64,000 nucleotides of DNA from Kudoa neothunni. Taxonomy: Eukaryota; Animalia; Cnidaria. Below are positions 38,545-52,294 of the stretch, piece by piece. Where the stretch lies: positions 6,745,731 to 6,809,730 of the forward strand of contig OZ199838.1 of assembly GCA_964304625.1 (NCBI GenBank). Reading direction: 5' to 3'. The notes under the pieces are model-generated. The model worked only from the letters and a program-made list of their open reading frames with translations. It was not told the origin of the DNA and made no database searches. How positions within the stretch are numbered: position 1 is the first letter of the stretch; each line of letters opens with the position of its first letter. A program made the translations under genes and the position numbers.

Positions 38545-39548
38545 TAGTAAAATAGGGATTAGGTAAAAATTTAGAAATAATTTATTTGAGCTCAATAAGG
38601 AAACTCACATTTTGTTGATATAGTATTATGTAGTATAAACGTCTTAGTTGAAATGAAATATAGTTGTGCCGGGATACTGCGCACTTTTTTGGGACAAAGA
38701 CTCGAGTGCGTAATAACCCTGCACTACTTAATATCCATGCTTTAGCACATGCACACATGCGTGACAATTTTATGGATGCGCGATCACTTTTTCTGCTCTT
38801 TTTATTTATTCTCTTTGCAACAATAATAACTTTAATAGAGAGATGTGAAAAATTTTCCCAATAATTTTGTTGTTGTCCGCAGAGTATTTGAAGATAAATA
38901 AGGTAGTTTAAGACAGAATTATTGGTTAAACAAGGAATTTGTTATTTCTCTTGTTTTAAACGAAGGTTATTTTATTTTTCAAAAGGAAAAATTTAACTTT
39001 GTAATGTGTTCCAGCATTTCGGTGTGATGAGTCTTGAATAATTTCTTTATTCCTTTTAGATTTTCTATTTAATTTGTTTATTTTTAGACTAACCCTCGAA
39101 GCAAACTTATAGAACTATCCTCGACTGACAGTTATAGGAGTGTTGTCTTTTGTGTCGTCCTTTATGCAATTGGCTAATTTATTTTCCTATTATGTTGTAC
39201 TCTATGGGCAGCTTTATATTTCTCGTCCTCGAAAGTTCGAACCACTCATTCATTCTTATATATAGAGTAGTTTGAATTTTTGTATGAGTTTTGCGATAAA
39301 ATCTTAAATCACTTGAAATAAAATCTGAAAATATTTTTGATTTTATTGATACAATTGTATTCAATTGTGTTCAATGTGGTAACTGATTTAGAGTCACTCT
39401 TAGTTCCTAATTTTTTCTATTTTCCTACTGCGTACTAACCATGAAATGTGCAATAAGCATGCACTCCTATTTTTCCCAACGAAAAAATTATTTCTTAATT
39501 CTATAATTATATTTATCGATATATTTTACTCTCATCTCATGATTTATA

Positions 39549-40310
39549 TCTATAGTTATTTCGTATATTTTGAATTTTCGATTCAAACCGTCGTTTTTAT
39601 CAGGTTGGTTCGACGTGATAAAAATCCGGATTGTTTTGGAAAGCGCGCCTTAATAAGAATGGGCAGAAAAAGATGTGAACTGGATAATTATGTTAAGAAT
39701 TGAGTTAATTTTGAATTTATTTAAATGAATTTGTTTACAAACACGGAAAGTTAATGTTACGTACAAAACCAAATGCAGAAACATATTGCATTATCGAAGC
39801 ATCATTCAATGATAGAATCGTTAAAGCGTGTCTTTATTGACCCTTTTTGTTATCCAAAGATCATATAAATTCAAAAAATAATGACTTATCTTGTTTCAGC
39901 CGTGGTATTTGGTGGATTACCATTTAAAATAATAGACAGTTACACAAGACCTAAAAGTTGTTCCTAAAAATATTGTACTACAGCACGCTTACTTTCTAAA
40001 GCTGAAACTTTTGTTGAAAAGCACTTGCTCACACTGTTTAAAAAAAAGAGTTCTGAAACATAAACTCGCCGACAGTTTTGATGGATTTTTAAAATTACCG
40101 TTGCCTTCAATTGCAATTTAAATTTTTTGGAGATTAGGCACGTTCTTTCGGGTAAAAGAATATCTCTTCTGAGAGGAAAAATCTCGATGGTATTATACTT
40201 ATATTGAAATGGTGAAACTAAAATATAATTTTATTATATACGGTGTAATGTTAATTTGTATTCATTGCGGTATTGAGATGTTTGCGCAGACCTGCATATA
40301 ATCTCCTTTA
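39549..40310. mobile_element. Helitron-like repeat, copy 1 (homologous to 48577-49357)
   Basis: ~700 bp collinear similarity with 48600-49330. Begins A|TCTATAG; 3' end not clear. Confidence 0.55.
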
Positions 40311-41023
40311 TTTATGATATAGATTTTTTTCGCTTTCGAACCTAACATCTAATGTCCACCTTAGTACTCCAAATAAAAAATTACCTCAAGCAGATACATA
40401 TTAAATTTATATGCTTACAGAAATTTTAAAAACAAATAAAACTCTCATTTAATATTTAATAGAATAAATATGAAGATAAATAAAGAGTTATACACCAAGC
40501 GTTGGAAATCATTCTTTCTTTAACGCAAATATTATGTTTAATAGCGAAAATTTGTTTGATCTCGTTCAATTTAATATATTACGCCATTGCAAAGGAAATA
40601 TTAAGTCGTACATTTTGTTTTTACCGATATAAATAACATAATTTTATAATATTTGAAATTTATTTCGCTTTTAAACTAAAACATTCAGTTAGGTTTCTTG
40701 GTGTAGTTTCTGCATTAGGAAATTTCAGTATTCATATTTTTGAAGTTAACCAATAAACAAATTAAAACTTATTTTTAACTCCCTTAACAGATATGTAATA
40801 ATTTAAGTTCTATTTACGTACATATATTCTATTTTAATTATCAATTTATAATTTGAGCACGTTTAAATGTTGTACATTATTTCCCTTAAATAAAATGAAT
40901 TATAACAAATTATATATGATCTTAAAATTATTAGAGAATCCATTGGATTGATAGCGATTATTCCACATTTTACTATAGCTACATTCTACTATCCATTTAA
41001 ATTACAAAGGAACCAGAGCCCCA

Positions 41024-41142
41024 CGTCGCGATCATACGCGGTTGGTCACGCCGATACCCGTCAGATCATCGAAGCTAAGCAGCCGTCGGCTCCGTCAGTA
41101 CTCGAGTGGGCGACCCTCTGGGAACCCGGGGTGTTGCGATGT
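41024..41142 (+). rRNA. 5S: 5S rRNA gene (divergent, single dispersed copy)
   Basis: Conserved motifs CATAC, GATC, GAAGCTAAGC, AGTACT, GGGCGACC, TGGGAA. Helix I (ACGTCGCGA/TTGCGATGT) and helix II (GCGGTTG/CAGCCGT) pair. TTTT terminator ~10 nt downstream. Confidence 0.92.
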
Positions 41143-41314
41143 CCTCCTTCCTTTTGTCTTCTCGCTAATAATAACCTTTGATTTTTGTTACTTTAGCATC
41201 ATGAAACAAATATGATCACTCCTAGAATATATTCAATTAGTACTATTAAATTTGTCCATCTAATTTTTGTGTTATTTTTTATCTTATTAACAAAAACTGT
41301 AGCAATGTATAGAC

Positions 41315-41538
41315 CTAAATGACCTTAACCCAATTATTCCATGAGTAATAAACCCTCTGAGAATCAAGGAATTTGGGGTACATTTTATGAGTGTGAGTGC
41401 AGATTGGATTCCGAATCTCTAGTTCTGAATCCCACCTCATTTCTGTCATTGCTTTTTTATTAGTGTATATCCATTCCTTAAATACGCTGGCAACAGAGAA
41501 CATCTTTATTACAATAAGCTGTCTCCAGTTGTCTAGAC
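41315..41538 (-). other. Possible isolated coding exon of an unknown gene
   Basis: Strong acceptor TTTTATTTTTATAG|, then ~74 open codons (LDNWRQLIVIKMFSVASVFKEW...YYSWNNWVKVI*). No family recognised. Confidence 0.3.
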
Positions 41539-41815
41539 CTATAAAAATAAAATGAAGGCGCGTTAAAACGTTTAGCTCATAGTTTACAACTTAACAAAAT
41601 TAAGTACTAACAAGACTAAGAATGGAAACTAATTTTTTATCATTAAAATAACAATTCATAGGCATTAACGACTGAATTCGTATAATTATGACTTTATTTG
41701 GGTCGAGTTAAGATAACCAAATTAGGATGTGAAATTTTATCTTCCAGGAATTTTTACTTCCAATTTTGCCAGACTGTAACTAAATTTGAATAAATTAGAA
41801 AATAATGAACTATAG

Positions 41816-43867
41816 CAGGGGTGAGCAAACTACGGCCAGCGAGAGGCTCCAACGTCAGTCGCGAAAATTTTTTTTATTTCTAATAAATTTAAATTTATAC
41901 TCCTAATTTTCATAATTGAAATGCTTATTTTAGTTCAAAGAACTTTAATATACATTGTATTTAATAATTTTAAAATAATTCATCACAAACGTTATGCCTA
42001 AGTGAATTCAGTATTAAAATTCTAATATTGCTACAAACAATAGTTTTAAAAGAGAATATAGTTTAAAAAATAAGGAATAATTTCATTAAAAATCGTTTCA
42101 TATCATAATGTATTTCTAAATATTCACGTTTACGTTTGAGCTATAAAGGGATCATCGAAACAAAGACTATACATATATTAAAAATGATCTCAAATATCTA
42201 ATAGATAACATCAATCATAAAAATTAAAAAATCGTCCCTTATTTGTTCTCAGGAGCTAATTAATTGTGAGACAATAAGCTCAAAAAAAATTATTTTCTTC
42301 CAACTTTAATATCGTAATGTAGACTTCGTTTAACCAGTATTCATGGATCTACTAATCAATGAGCATTTTTCTATTCAAATTATTTCTGATTTTATATACA
42401 CAGGGATAAATTTTTTTATCATAATTAAATGATGTAAACTAACAAAACATATCGTTCTCAACAAAAGATGAAAAATATGCCGAAAGACGACGTTATAAAC
42501 AGCGGTTACCTATTTATATTGTTGTCGAAATTTTCTTCAGTATACAAAGTTTGTTGAGATGGTTAGTTTCAATCTATCTAAAAAAAGTAAAATTGAAGAC
42601 GAACGTCAAAATTTCAATCATGAGTGGACTGAAAAGTACTTTTTCAACAGCATCAATAAAAAGGCAGTATGCTTGATTTGCCGTGGTACAGTTATGTGTA
42701 CACAGAATACAACATGAAACGCCATTATCAAACCAAAAATTCCATTTTTGGATCCTATTCGTCCCAGAAAAAATCGTAAAAGGAGGCATCTGATAAGGTA
42801 CGAAATTTAAAACGCCAGAAAAATTCATTTGGAAAAGCAACATCCATACAAAGAGATGCCGCGATGGCTAGCTATATGCTTTTCCACAAATTATCAAAGC
42901 ATAACAAGTCATCATCGGATGGAGAATTTATTAAAGAGTGTTTTATGGATGATGTTAGTGTTGTGTGCCCTGAAAACCGAAATTTCCCTCTTTTTAAACA
43001 TAACGGACATTAGTTGGGATTTTGTCGATAAAATCAAAAATCATGCATGGTAATGTGATTTCGCATTCGCTGTAGATATAATGGAAAAGATGAACGACTT
43101 GAATGCAAAATTACAAGGAATGGGCTTATTTGCTCACAAGTTATATTCGGAAGTGAAATCCTTCCAAATAAAACTTCAACTATTTTCCAACATTTAAGGT
43201 TCAAAACCCCCCAAAACATTATGTGACACTGAAACATCCCTAGAACTGTAGTTAGAATTAATAGACCTGCAAGCCGACATTCCCGTAAAAAAGTGTTCGA
43301 AACAAGAAATTTGATAAGTTTTTGCATCAACGTACATGTGTAAGCAAACATTCTCTGTAATGAAAATAAACAAGCCTCAAAATAGAGCGACAATGACTGA
43401 CTCCAATCCACACTCGATTTTGAGAATAAATACAAACTCTTTACAATATGATTTTGAAAAAATTATTAATGATAACTGCCAGTTCCATAAATCACGTTAG
43501 TTTCTTTAATTTAGTATTATATTGTTTATTTTTATTTGCTCGCGAATGAAAAAGCTCCTTATTAAATTAAACTATTATGAAAAATTTTATAATTAAAATA
43601 TTTTGTTGTTTTTAAGAAAACGAATTATTTCAAATTTTAGGAATAAGGGATATTTTAAAAGTTTATACGATTTGGAAATTTCTTCCTGTATAAGTAGTAC
43701 TTAGGATTGTAATAAGTAAAAATATTTAGTAAAATTTAAATCTACTTTAATTAATGGAAACATGCAATCGAAAAAGAATGAGTTTTAAAACATTTTCTAC
43801 CTTTTATCAGTACAAAAAGCTGTTTTATGGGTGCGGCCCGCAGACCAAAAAAGTTTGCCCACCCCTG
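41816..43867 (+). mobile_element. hAT (Buster/SPIN, GTF2IRD2-like) transposon, internally deleted
   Basis: TIR CAGGGGTGAGCAAAC / GTTTGCCCACCCCTG; TSD AACTATAG / AACAATAG. Remnants NFNHEWTEKYFF..AVCLIC, HYQTK, SDGEFIKEC, STYM.KQTFSVMKINK. Confidence 0.88.
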
Positions 43868-45451
43868 AACAATAGCATAATTCTTTATGCATTCTTCACA
43901 TATCACAAGGTACTGTAACTAAAATGTGATTTTTTAATAAAATTGGATTTTCTCGGTCCAAGATACTATTAAAAAAATTAAAAACTTTACAGCAACATTG
44001 AAATATGTATTTATTTACAAAAAATATAACTTCATCAAATAAAGAAATGGGACATTTCTTTTAACCTCTTGCGTTGCTCAGATAACAAATATCACAAAAT
44101 AAGTACGACAAAATGACGATAAATTACGTCTCTAAATTCCCAACGATGTAATACTGCCTTCGAGTTATCGAAGAGAAAACTTAAACACATGGCTAACATT
44201 GGTATACATAATGACAGCAGGTGTTGCATGATAGTAAATTTCAATTTGTTTAGTTCGAGGTTAGTAATAATACAATAACTTCCTCGGGTTACATCACATG
44301 GGAATACGCGCCAATGCTCGATCAAGCTCAAATTGGACTCCAAGCCTAAACCTTTTAAAGTTACAGAGTAAAGTCGAAAGTTTCAACTTCATCAGTGGGA
44401 TCAAACGTTAATACGATAAACGAAATATAGACCGAAATGGTTAAACTATGAGTGGATGGCGTCAGAAGTTACCATGGGTGTCTACACAAATTTCAGACAG
44501 GGATAACTATTGTTCATCATAATCCACGATATCAAACGCGCTTGAATAAGCGCACCAAATAATTATTCTTAAAGTAGTCAGAGCTTCGTGATTTTAATCA
44601 TCAACGATCAAAGACTCTAGTTAGTATCACATCACACTACAAAGCGTCATTAGCGTGCGCAAGCAAACCCTCGTGGAGAACCTTTTATGTCGGTTAGTCA
44701 CGTGGCACAAATCAAGTTGATATTTCTCAGTAACTGGCTTTTAAATCAGAGAGAAAATAATTTTACTGGTTGAAATTATTTTAACACGTTTTTCTGAGTG
44801 TATCGAGTAATTTAATTGATTTTTGCCAGCGAGACATAACACGAAGTTTAATACGGATACTTAGTCGCGAAACTATTTTCGGCATTCTTAATGCAACACT
44901 ACATTAAAAACTTAACTAGAATTTTTAAAATTCTACAGGAAATGACTTTTTTGATCCTTAAAATTAGAATAACTGTTATTGATACCATCGGCCTTCAAAT
45001 TAATATTCATTTTGAGTTTATAATTTGAGCTCTTTTTGTGTACCAAATGACGTTGAATATGCCTAGGGGACTACAGAGTTCGGTGAAGAGTGAGTCGTGG
45101 TGGCGAGGGAAAAACTTTGTACGAGTTGCGCACAAAGTATTATGGGCGGCGAATCGATACATTACTAGGGAATAGGTGGCCGTCGTATGTAAACAAGCTT
45201 CAAATTTAACTTGGTGTTTTTGCGTGATTTAATAAGGTTGGTATGCGTTTTGGGAAGGTTTGAATTTCACCTTGTGTAATTTGATATTATACCACGAATT
45301 TTGTATACATTAAGTTGTGTTGAATTACGTTAAATCAATGAAGTTGTTTCTAAGGATTTATTATTAAAAATTCAATTAATATTTAATTTAATGATGTTAC
45401 GACTCTCATTTCAGTATTTTTTATTTGAATTCAACTATCTACTCAACGTAT

Positions 45452-47714
45452 TTAACCCATTAAGATTTGTTGGGTCCTTTTGGGCCCCTGTTTAGGTGCC
45501 GTCTATAAAGTTTAATATTGCGACTATTAACTAGTTAATTTCCATATAAATATATACGTGGTCCTATTATTGAAAAATTATTTGTAAAGTTAATTATGAA
45601 TTCTAAACATTTTAATATACATCTCTTTCCATCGGCCAGTACACTTGCCTATAATAGAACCATAACATAGACTATATATCAGAAAATTTTTTTATTTTTG
45701 TTTCTGCTCTTAAAACATATTGTCTTTTTAACTTTCAAAGCGCTTGTAATAGAAAATAATACACAAATATCAGTTAATATTCACGTCACAATAGTGAGCC
45801 GAAATGGGAACGATAAACCCTCGAGGCATGCAGATGCTAAGTAGGATTAACATGGCTGACGTCACTGAGTATATTAAACTAAGTGAAACAATCTGTGAAC
45901 TTAGCGAAGATACTTTTTAAGAAGTTCCAGTTATAGTAGCGCTTCCTCCCGATAATGTTGACGCCCTTACTTACTTGGAACATAACTTATTTCCCATACG
46001 GGATAGTATATTCGAAAATAATGACATCCCCGATGTTTCTGGACGTGTCCAATTGTTTAAACTACAAAAAAATGAAACCAAAAGTGCTGTTAAACACAGA
46101 AATGTTAAATGGGAAAAGTTTTTACCAACCAATTCCTCCTAAACAGTTAATAACCTATCTCGAAACCCTCGGTAGACGGTGCATATAAAGGTAGATATCT
46201 TTCAAAATTAATTTTTACGATATTTAAATTCATTTGAAACGTTCAAAAAATTTTTGGATGACAGCGTTCTATTGCATATTGTAAAACAGTCGAATTTATA
46301 TGTTCGATAACGAATAACCACTCTTTCAATCTGTGTCCGAATTGAAAACCTCCATTGGGATTTTAATTCTCTCAGGTTGTCATATTCTACCAAGCCAAAA
46401 AATGTATTGGGGACGAATGAAGACTCCGGAGTTACCATTGTAAAAAAACTGACAAAAGATTTAAAGAAATAAAAAGACACATCCATTTCAACAATATGAT
46501 TGTATGGATAAATCCGACAAATTATTTAACCATAGACGAACAAATGGTACCGTATTACGGAATGCATCCGGTCAAGATGTTTCTAAAGGGCCAGCCTGTT
46601 CGATTTGGTTTTAAATTTGGATAATGGCCAGCAAGGATAGTTATATTTACAGTTTTAAAATCTATTGTGGAAAGCAAGAAACAGATAAAACTTATGATGA
46701 CTTAGATGAAAGTGTGGTCTTGAATTTTGTCGAGGAAATTGGTGATACTCCTGAGGTTGAAGTTTATTTTGACAATTTTTACTCCTCGTACAGATTATTT
46801 AAAATTCTACAAGAAAACAAAGTAAATGTTACCGGTACAATTAGACCGAATCAGACAAATCGATGTCCATTTCAGCTACTAAAACAGTTTTCCAAATTTC
46901 TAAGGGACGTTTTTGAAGTTTATAGTGATAAACAAGGTATTTTTTGTGTTCAATGGAACGATACAAAACCAGTGATACTGATGAGTAATTTTGTTTCGGG
47001 TTTTCCTATTGGATCAGCTAAAAGTTCTTAAAAAAAGAAAAAAATACATTAACATAACACAGCCCAAGATTGTTAGTGATTACAATGCGAATATGGGAGG
47101 TGTTGATCTAGCTGATAACGCGATTGCAAACTAAAGAATCAAAATAAAAGGTAAAAAATGGTACTGGCCATTATTCACTAATCTTATTTCCATGTGTGCC
47201 ACCAATTCATACAAAATAATATGCCACTTAATGACCCTACAATAACATTGATTCAACATGCACGCGAAATTGTTGTCAGTCTAATAACTCCACAAAGGGG
47301 TTTAATTATGAGGAAGAGGTCTCGATTACAGCTGAATATTTCAATGAATATGTGTTCTGGAGTCGTACTTGGAAGTGATGTCAACAAAAGACGACTCGAA
47401 TGTGTTGTGTGCCACAAGAAAACATACCTTTATTGTGAGGGGTGTTTGTAGAGACTTCACCTTAAATGTTCGAATACTTTCCATTCGGATAAATATATTT
47501 AAAAAAACTTGATTAATAAATTATATATTTGTGTTTTATTTCGCGCATGCACTATCTCGGGAGTTTATTGGGTCCTTTTGGCCCTTGAGAAAAGTTGTTG
47601 TATATCTCTCAGCTTTGTCGCAATTTAAAAAATTTAAGCTTATATAGACATTTTTGAAAAATACTTAGAACATATTTTTTTTAATTTTTAAATGGTAGAA
47701 TCTTAATGGGCTAA
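45452..47714 (+). mobile_element. Near full-length piggyBac (PGBD3-like) transposon with pseudogenised transposase
   Basis: TTAA|CCCATTAAGATT ... AATCTTAATGGG|CTAA. Motifs IDEQMVPYYG, PVRFGFK, YFDNFYSS, TGTIR, WNDTKPV, YNANMGGVDLAD, KWYWPLF and C-terminal CVVC..C..C. Frameshifts and stops. Confidence 0.92.
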
Positions 47715-47849
47715 TGAAAGCTTCATTAATTTTTTTTATCATCATTACACGCCTATCAAAATAAATGGAATAATGATAATATGTTCCAACTAATTTTTAC
47801 ATTTAACTACACGAAATTAAAAAATAACGTTTTAGCCGGCACTCTAGCG

Positions 47850-48045
47850 CAGCGCTTCCTAACTAAAATTGGACTCGCATCCCCCATTTTTTGACAGAAC
47901 GAAATTCGCATCCCTTTACATACGATAAGGTGTAACTGACTTAAGATTTATCAAAAATTATTTTCAATTTTGATCAGATCTCGCACCACCTGAGACCAAA
48001 GTTCGCACCCCCTAAGGTGCGGGCACCCCCAGTTGGGAACCCATG
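47850..48045. mobile_element. hAT MITE, copy 2
   Basis: CAGCGCTTCCTAAC ... GTTGGGAACCCATG with perfect 8-bp TSD CTCTAGCG. Homologous to 14597-14761. Confidence 0.9.
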
Positions 48046-48576
48046 CTCTAGCGGGATTTAAATAATTCGAGAATGAAAAAATACGATGCTGTCGCTGACC
48101 TCAAATTATTTAACGTTGGTGCCGAGCCACGAAATTTTTAAATGAACACCGGGATTGGAACACTCTTTCAAATAAATGCTCATAATTTAAATTTCATAAT
48201 CCAAATCGTTGAAGTATGAAGCTTAAAATTTTTTAGTTATTTTGCATCTATGGGTTAATTTGAAACTTCAATATACTTTTTGAATATTGTTAAGAAACGC
48301 ATCTACACGAAATCTTCCCCAAGTAGCTCTGGGCACTTCCCGCTAATTATTAATAAATTACATTACCCATAAAATCATGATTATTAATTATAGCTTCAAA
48401 TATTTATATCGTTGACTCCATGAATAATTTTTTTTAAATATTTGGTATAATTAATTTTAAAAATGAAGCTGACAATAGTCGTTAAATGAAAACGCGTATT
48501 TATTGGAATTAATAATTTTACGCTTTACTGCTAAGACTGTATTAAAAATATTACTAATTCTTTTTACAATATACTA

Positions 48577-49357
48577 TCTATTATATAGAGAGAGCATGCA
48601 ATATTCGATTTAAGTCGTCGATTTCATTAGGATGATTCGATGTTTACTTTTTCTGAGTGTTTTGGAAAGGCTTCTAAAATAAGAATGGACAGAAAAAGAC
48701 GCGATTTGGATTATTATATTAAGGGTTGAGTTAATTTGGAAGTTATTTAAATGGATTTGTATAGAAATACGGCAAGTTAAAATTACCTACAAAATCATAT
48801 GCAGAAACATATTGCATTATCGAAACATAATTCAATGATAAAATCGTCAAAGCGGGTCTCTCCTGACCCCTTTTTATTCAAATGTCATAAAAATCAAAAA
48901 ATAATGATTTATCTTGTTTCAGCCGTGGTGTATGATAGATTACCGTTTAAAATAATAGATAGTTACACAAGATCTAGAAGTTTTTCCTAAAAATATTGTC
49001 CTACAGCACGCTTACTTTCCAATGCTGAAACTTTTATTGAAAGGCACTTACTCACATTGGTTAAAAAAATATTTCAGCAACATCAACTTGTCGACAATAT
49101 TTTTTAAATAAACCGTCCTCTTTATTCGCAATTGAAAGTTTTTGGAGATTAGCCACATTTTTTCGGGTGAGAGAACATCTCTTTCGAGAGGAAAAATTTC
49201 GATGGTACTATAATAATATTAAAATAGTGGAATTAAAATATGATATAATTTAATTATATTATATGTAATGTTAATTTGTGTTTTTTGCGTCATAGAGTAT
49301 TTGCGCAAACCTGCATATAATCTCCTTTATGCATGAGTCGAAAATTACATGCCCTAG
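48577..49357 (+). mobile_element. Non-autonomous Helitron-like element, copy 2
   Basis: A|TCTATTATAT 5' end; 3' hairpin GCATG..CATGC followed by CTAG|T. Homologous to 39549-40310. Confidence 0.6.
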
Positions 49358-50294
49358 TTATAATATATATGGATTATACATTAACGTAATATTATTCTTA
49401 AGATATTAATCAATATTTTATATTATATTTCTCTTAGTTTCTCATAATTATTTTTGTAGGCTATACCAATCGATCAAGTAAAACATCCTATAAGTATTTC
49501 ATAATTTGATCTTAACAACTGTGATTTCGTTGGATTATCACATTATTTCTTTAGCAATTACCTGTTATTAACTATAAGGACGTTAAACAATAATTTCATA
49601 TTTTCTGGGAAAATTAAATAATTAATTAATTATAGGGAACTTTAATATTATAAAAAAATCGTATATTAAATGAAATATAGAAAATCACACAAAAAACATC
49701 ATACTATTCTAATTCGTATATGCGGAATTAATAGTAAGGTTAAATATACCTATTAATCGGCAAATGTGGACATTATTCTGATGTTTTATTCATTGTTTTT
49801 GAAGAGATAGGTGTTAATGATAGATTATTTACATAATCATCATAAGCATAATTAATCTAAAAATTTTATTTCTATCTATTCGAATGGGAAGAATATAATA
49901 AATTTGTTGGTGCAGTTTTTGGGTAATAATATTGCAGCAAAATGCTAAAAATTCTATATTCGTACGCTACAAAATTATCCCGATATTGACATGGGCGCCG
50001 AACTGTATATTTTGTATAGGAAGAGCAGTATTCACGTTTCACTTCAAGTTACTCATCTTTATAAAATTGTTTAATAATTTTAAAAATTACTCAGAATTAT
50101 TTATCGCGTCTGATTAAATTTTAGGATTAATGAAAACAAGATAGGGGTATACTTTGATTAAAGTAAGTTATATAAACCTAAGTTTTTCAATTTATGGTAC
50201 TAAATAATCATAAATTTACCAATAATTTTAATTTAATTAAAAAAGTCAAACAGTTAATTTTAAAAAATTACTCAACGCAAGCGCAAACGTTTAA

Positions 50295-51307
50295 ATGACG
50301 TTAATAGATGCCTTTTTAGACTTCGCTATTGCTAAAGTTAACACAAAATGTAACAAACAAAACGATTTTAATGAGAGAGTTAAGAGATTTAATGAACATG
50401 AATGTCTCGAAAGAAATAGACCTGAATGTATTGTTTTCAAATCTGTTGATACAATCAACCAATTTAAATGTTCTGTTTAGCTTGTAATTCATACGCTGAA
50501 GTAGTTCTAACAAAAGATAGCAATCCATACAAAGCCGCGAAAATATTTCAAAAGAATTGCATTCAAAATAAATTTCCTAGAAGTTGTTTCAACTATGGTA
50601 ATCTACGAGTGGGCACTTATACCATTACTGTTGATCCCAAGAAAAAGATGCGATATCCAGGTAGTGCTTTACAGTGGATTTTGGCAATGACAATCGTTAA
50701 GAAATAAATCCTTCTGTGGCTCTTGATTATTTTCGCATGGGTTGCTCTGGAGACAGCTATGGGGCTTGTTTCAATGCCGCCGTTATTTTGACAATGGGAA
50801 TCAACGGAACAAAAGAATCTAAAATATCTCCCGAGTTCTACTCTACCCCTTGGACAAAAAAGCCTCCCAAATCTATCACCATAGATAACGGCATATCATT
50901 CATAGTTCCAGCTGATTATGTCGCCGATATTCACAATGTTAGAAATTATCCTGCTGAAGTGGCAACTGAAATTCTAGAACTTTTCAAGAAAGGTTGCAAT
51001 TCAGAATATCATAATTCGTGCTTCAATGCAGCAAAAGTCATTGAAAATCTAACCGATAATGATTATAATGTAAATATTGTAGCTCAGTGCATATGGTTAT
51101 ATTGGCGGTAATCACGAAATGACCCCCGACTACGAAACAGCCTATGAGTATTGCTCGAAAGGGTGCCAATATGGAAATCAAAATTGTTGTTTTCTTGGCC
51201 ACGATCTAGTCGCGTCCGGTAGAGTGAAATCACACACACTCGATGACGCCAAAAAGCTGATTTTACAAGCTGATCGATCCGATAAACAAAGCTCGCCCAT
51301 ACGCTAA
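50295..51307 (+). CDS. COA7: Cysteine-rich Sel1-like repeat protein, COA7 (cytochrome c oxidase assembly factor 7)-like, 4 exons
   Basis: Spliced HECLERNRPES|CNSYAE..KAAKIFQKNCIQNKFPRSCFNYG...ALDYFRMGCSGDSYGACFNAA...FKKGCNSEYHNSCFNAAK|LSAYG..PDYETAYEYCSKGCQYGNQNCC. The C-x7-C repeat pattern parallels COA7 (YHCYHEKDPDGC..AAKVLKFNCEEN..SC). Confidence 0.75.
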
Positions 51308-52294
51308 CTAATCAGTACAGTTCAGGCGATTTGCTTGGTATATAAATATAGCGTTAAAATTTTTACTTTTTGTATAGTTAACTCTTTTTTAGAATAATTT
51401 TTGTATATTTTAAGTGAAATTGATTAGTTTTAGGTTTTAGAGGTATTATCTCCCTGTTTTTCGCCAATCACAATATGTAAAATCTTAGATTTTGAGTAAT
51501 GTTAAATTATCAGCATTTTTTTCATGTTGAAGCAATTGCGTTAACACTTGTGTCTGAATGTTAATAAATTCGTTAGTTCTAAATTATTATACACCAAAAA
51601 TGCAGATTATTATTTATTCGATAAATCCGATAAAATTACGGACATAGTACAGAATAATCCGTCTGAAGTTACAACTTTACATATAATATTTAATACATAA
51701 CAATATAAAATCATAAACATGAAATAATATTCTGCGATAAAACATTTCTGTAATTCATAATTAATATTCGCAAATATTAAGTTTAATGTATCCTGCACCT
51801 CTTTGGAGTATCAACCCAAGACTTATGCCAACACGATCATTGCAACATTTATGTTTCTTCCATTTTGTGACGAAATTTATTAATTTAAAGATAGTACACA
51901 CCTTAAAAACTTTCTAACTAATAAAATACAATATTCTATTAAATACAGAAAAATAAGCCTGAAAAATTCAAAGCTAACAAATATTACAGTGCTATCTCCG
52001 CGAATTAACATAACATCGTTTTGTTTGTCGTAAAGGCAGTGTGAAACAACAATCGTGAATTTATTATTTAATTGCCCCAAGTTTAATTATACGATTTAAT
52101 AAAATTTCCGTAATACTGTAAAATGGGATTTCGAGCTCAAAAATTATAAGGTTTCCAGGTCAATATGAGACTTTCTTGTTTTAAAATAAAGCCTTTTCCA
52201 TTAAGATGAGCATCGTAAAAGAGGCATAAGTTTAGTCGCCTAATAGCTAGATTTGTTGCAATCACGTGAGACTACGAGAAACATTTTGTGTCGG

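Noticed and set aside
44092-44343. 83-aa - strand ORF as a gene
   Set aside because: Non-ATG start, no recognisable motif and no consistent splice model.
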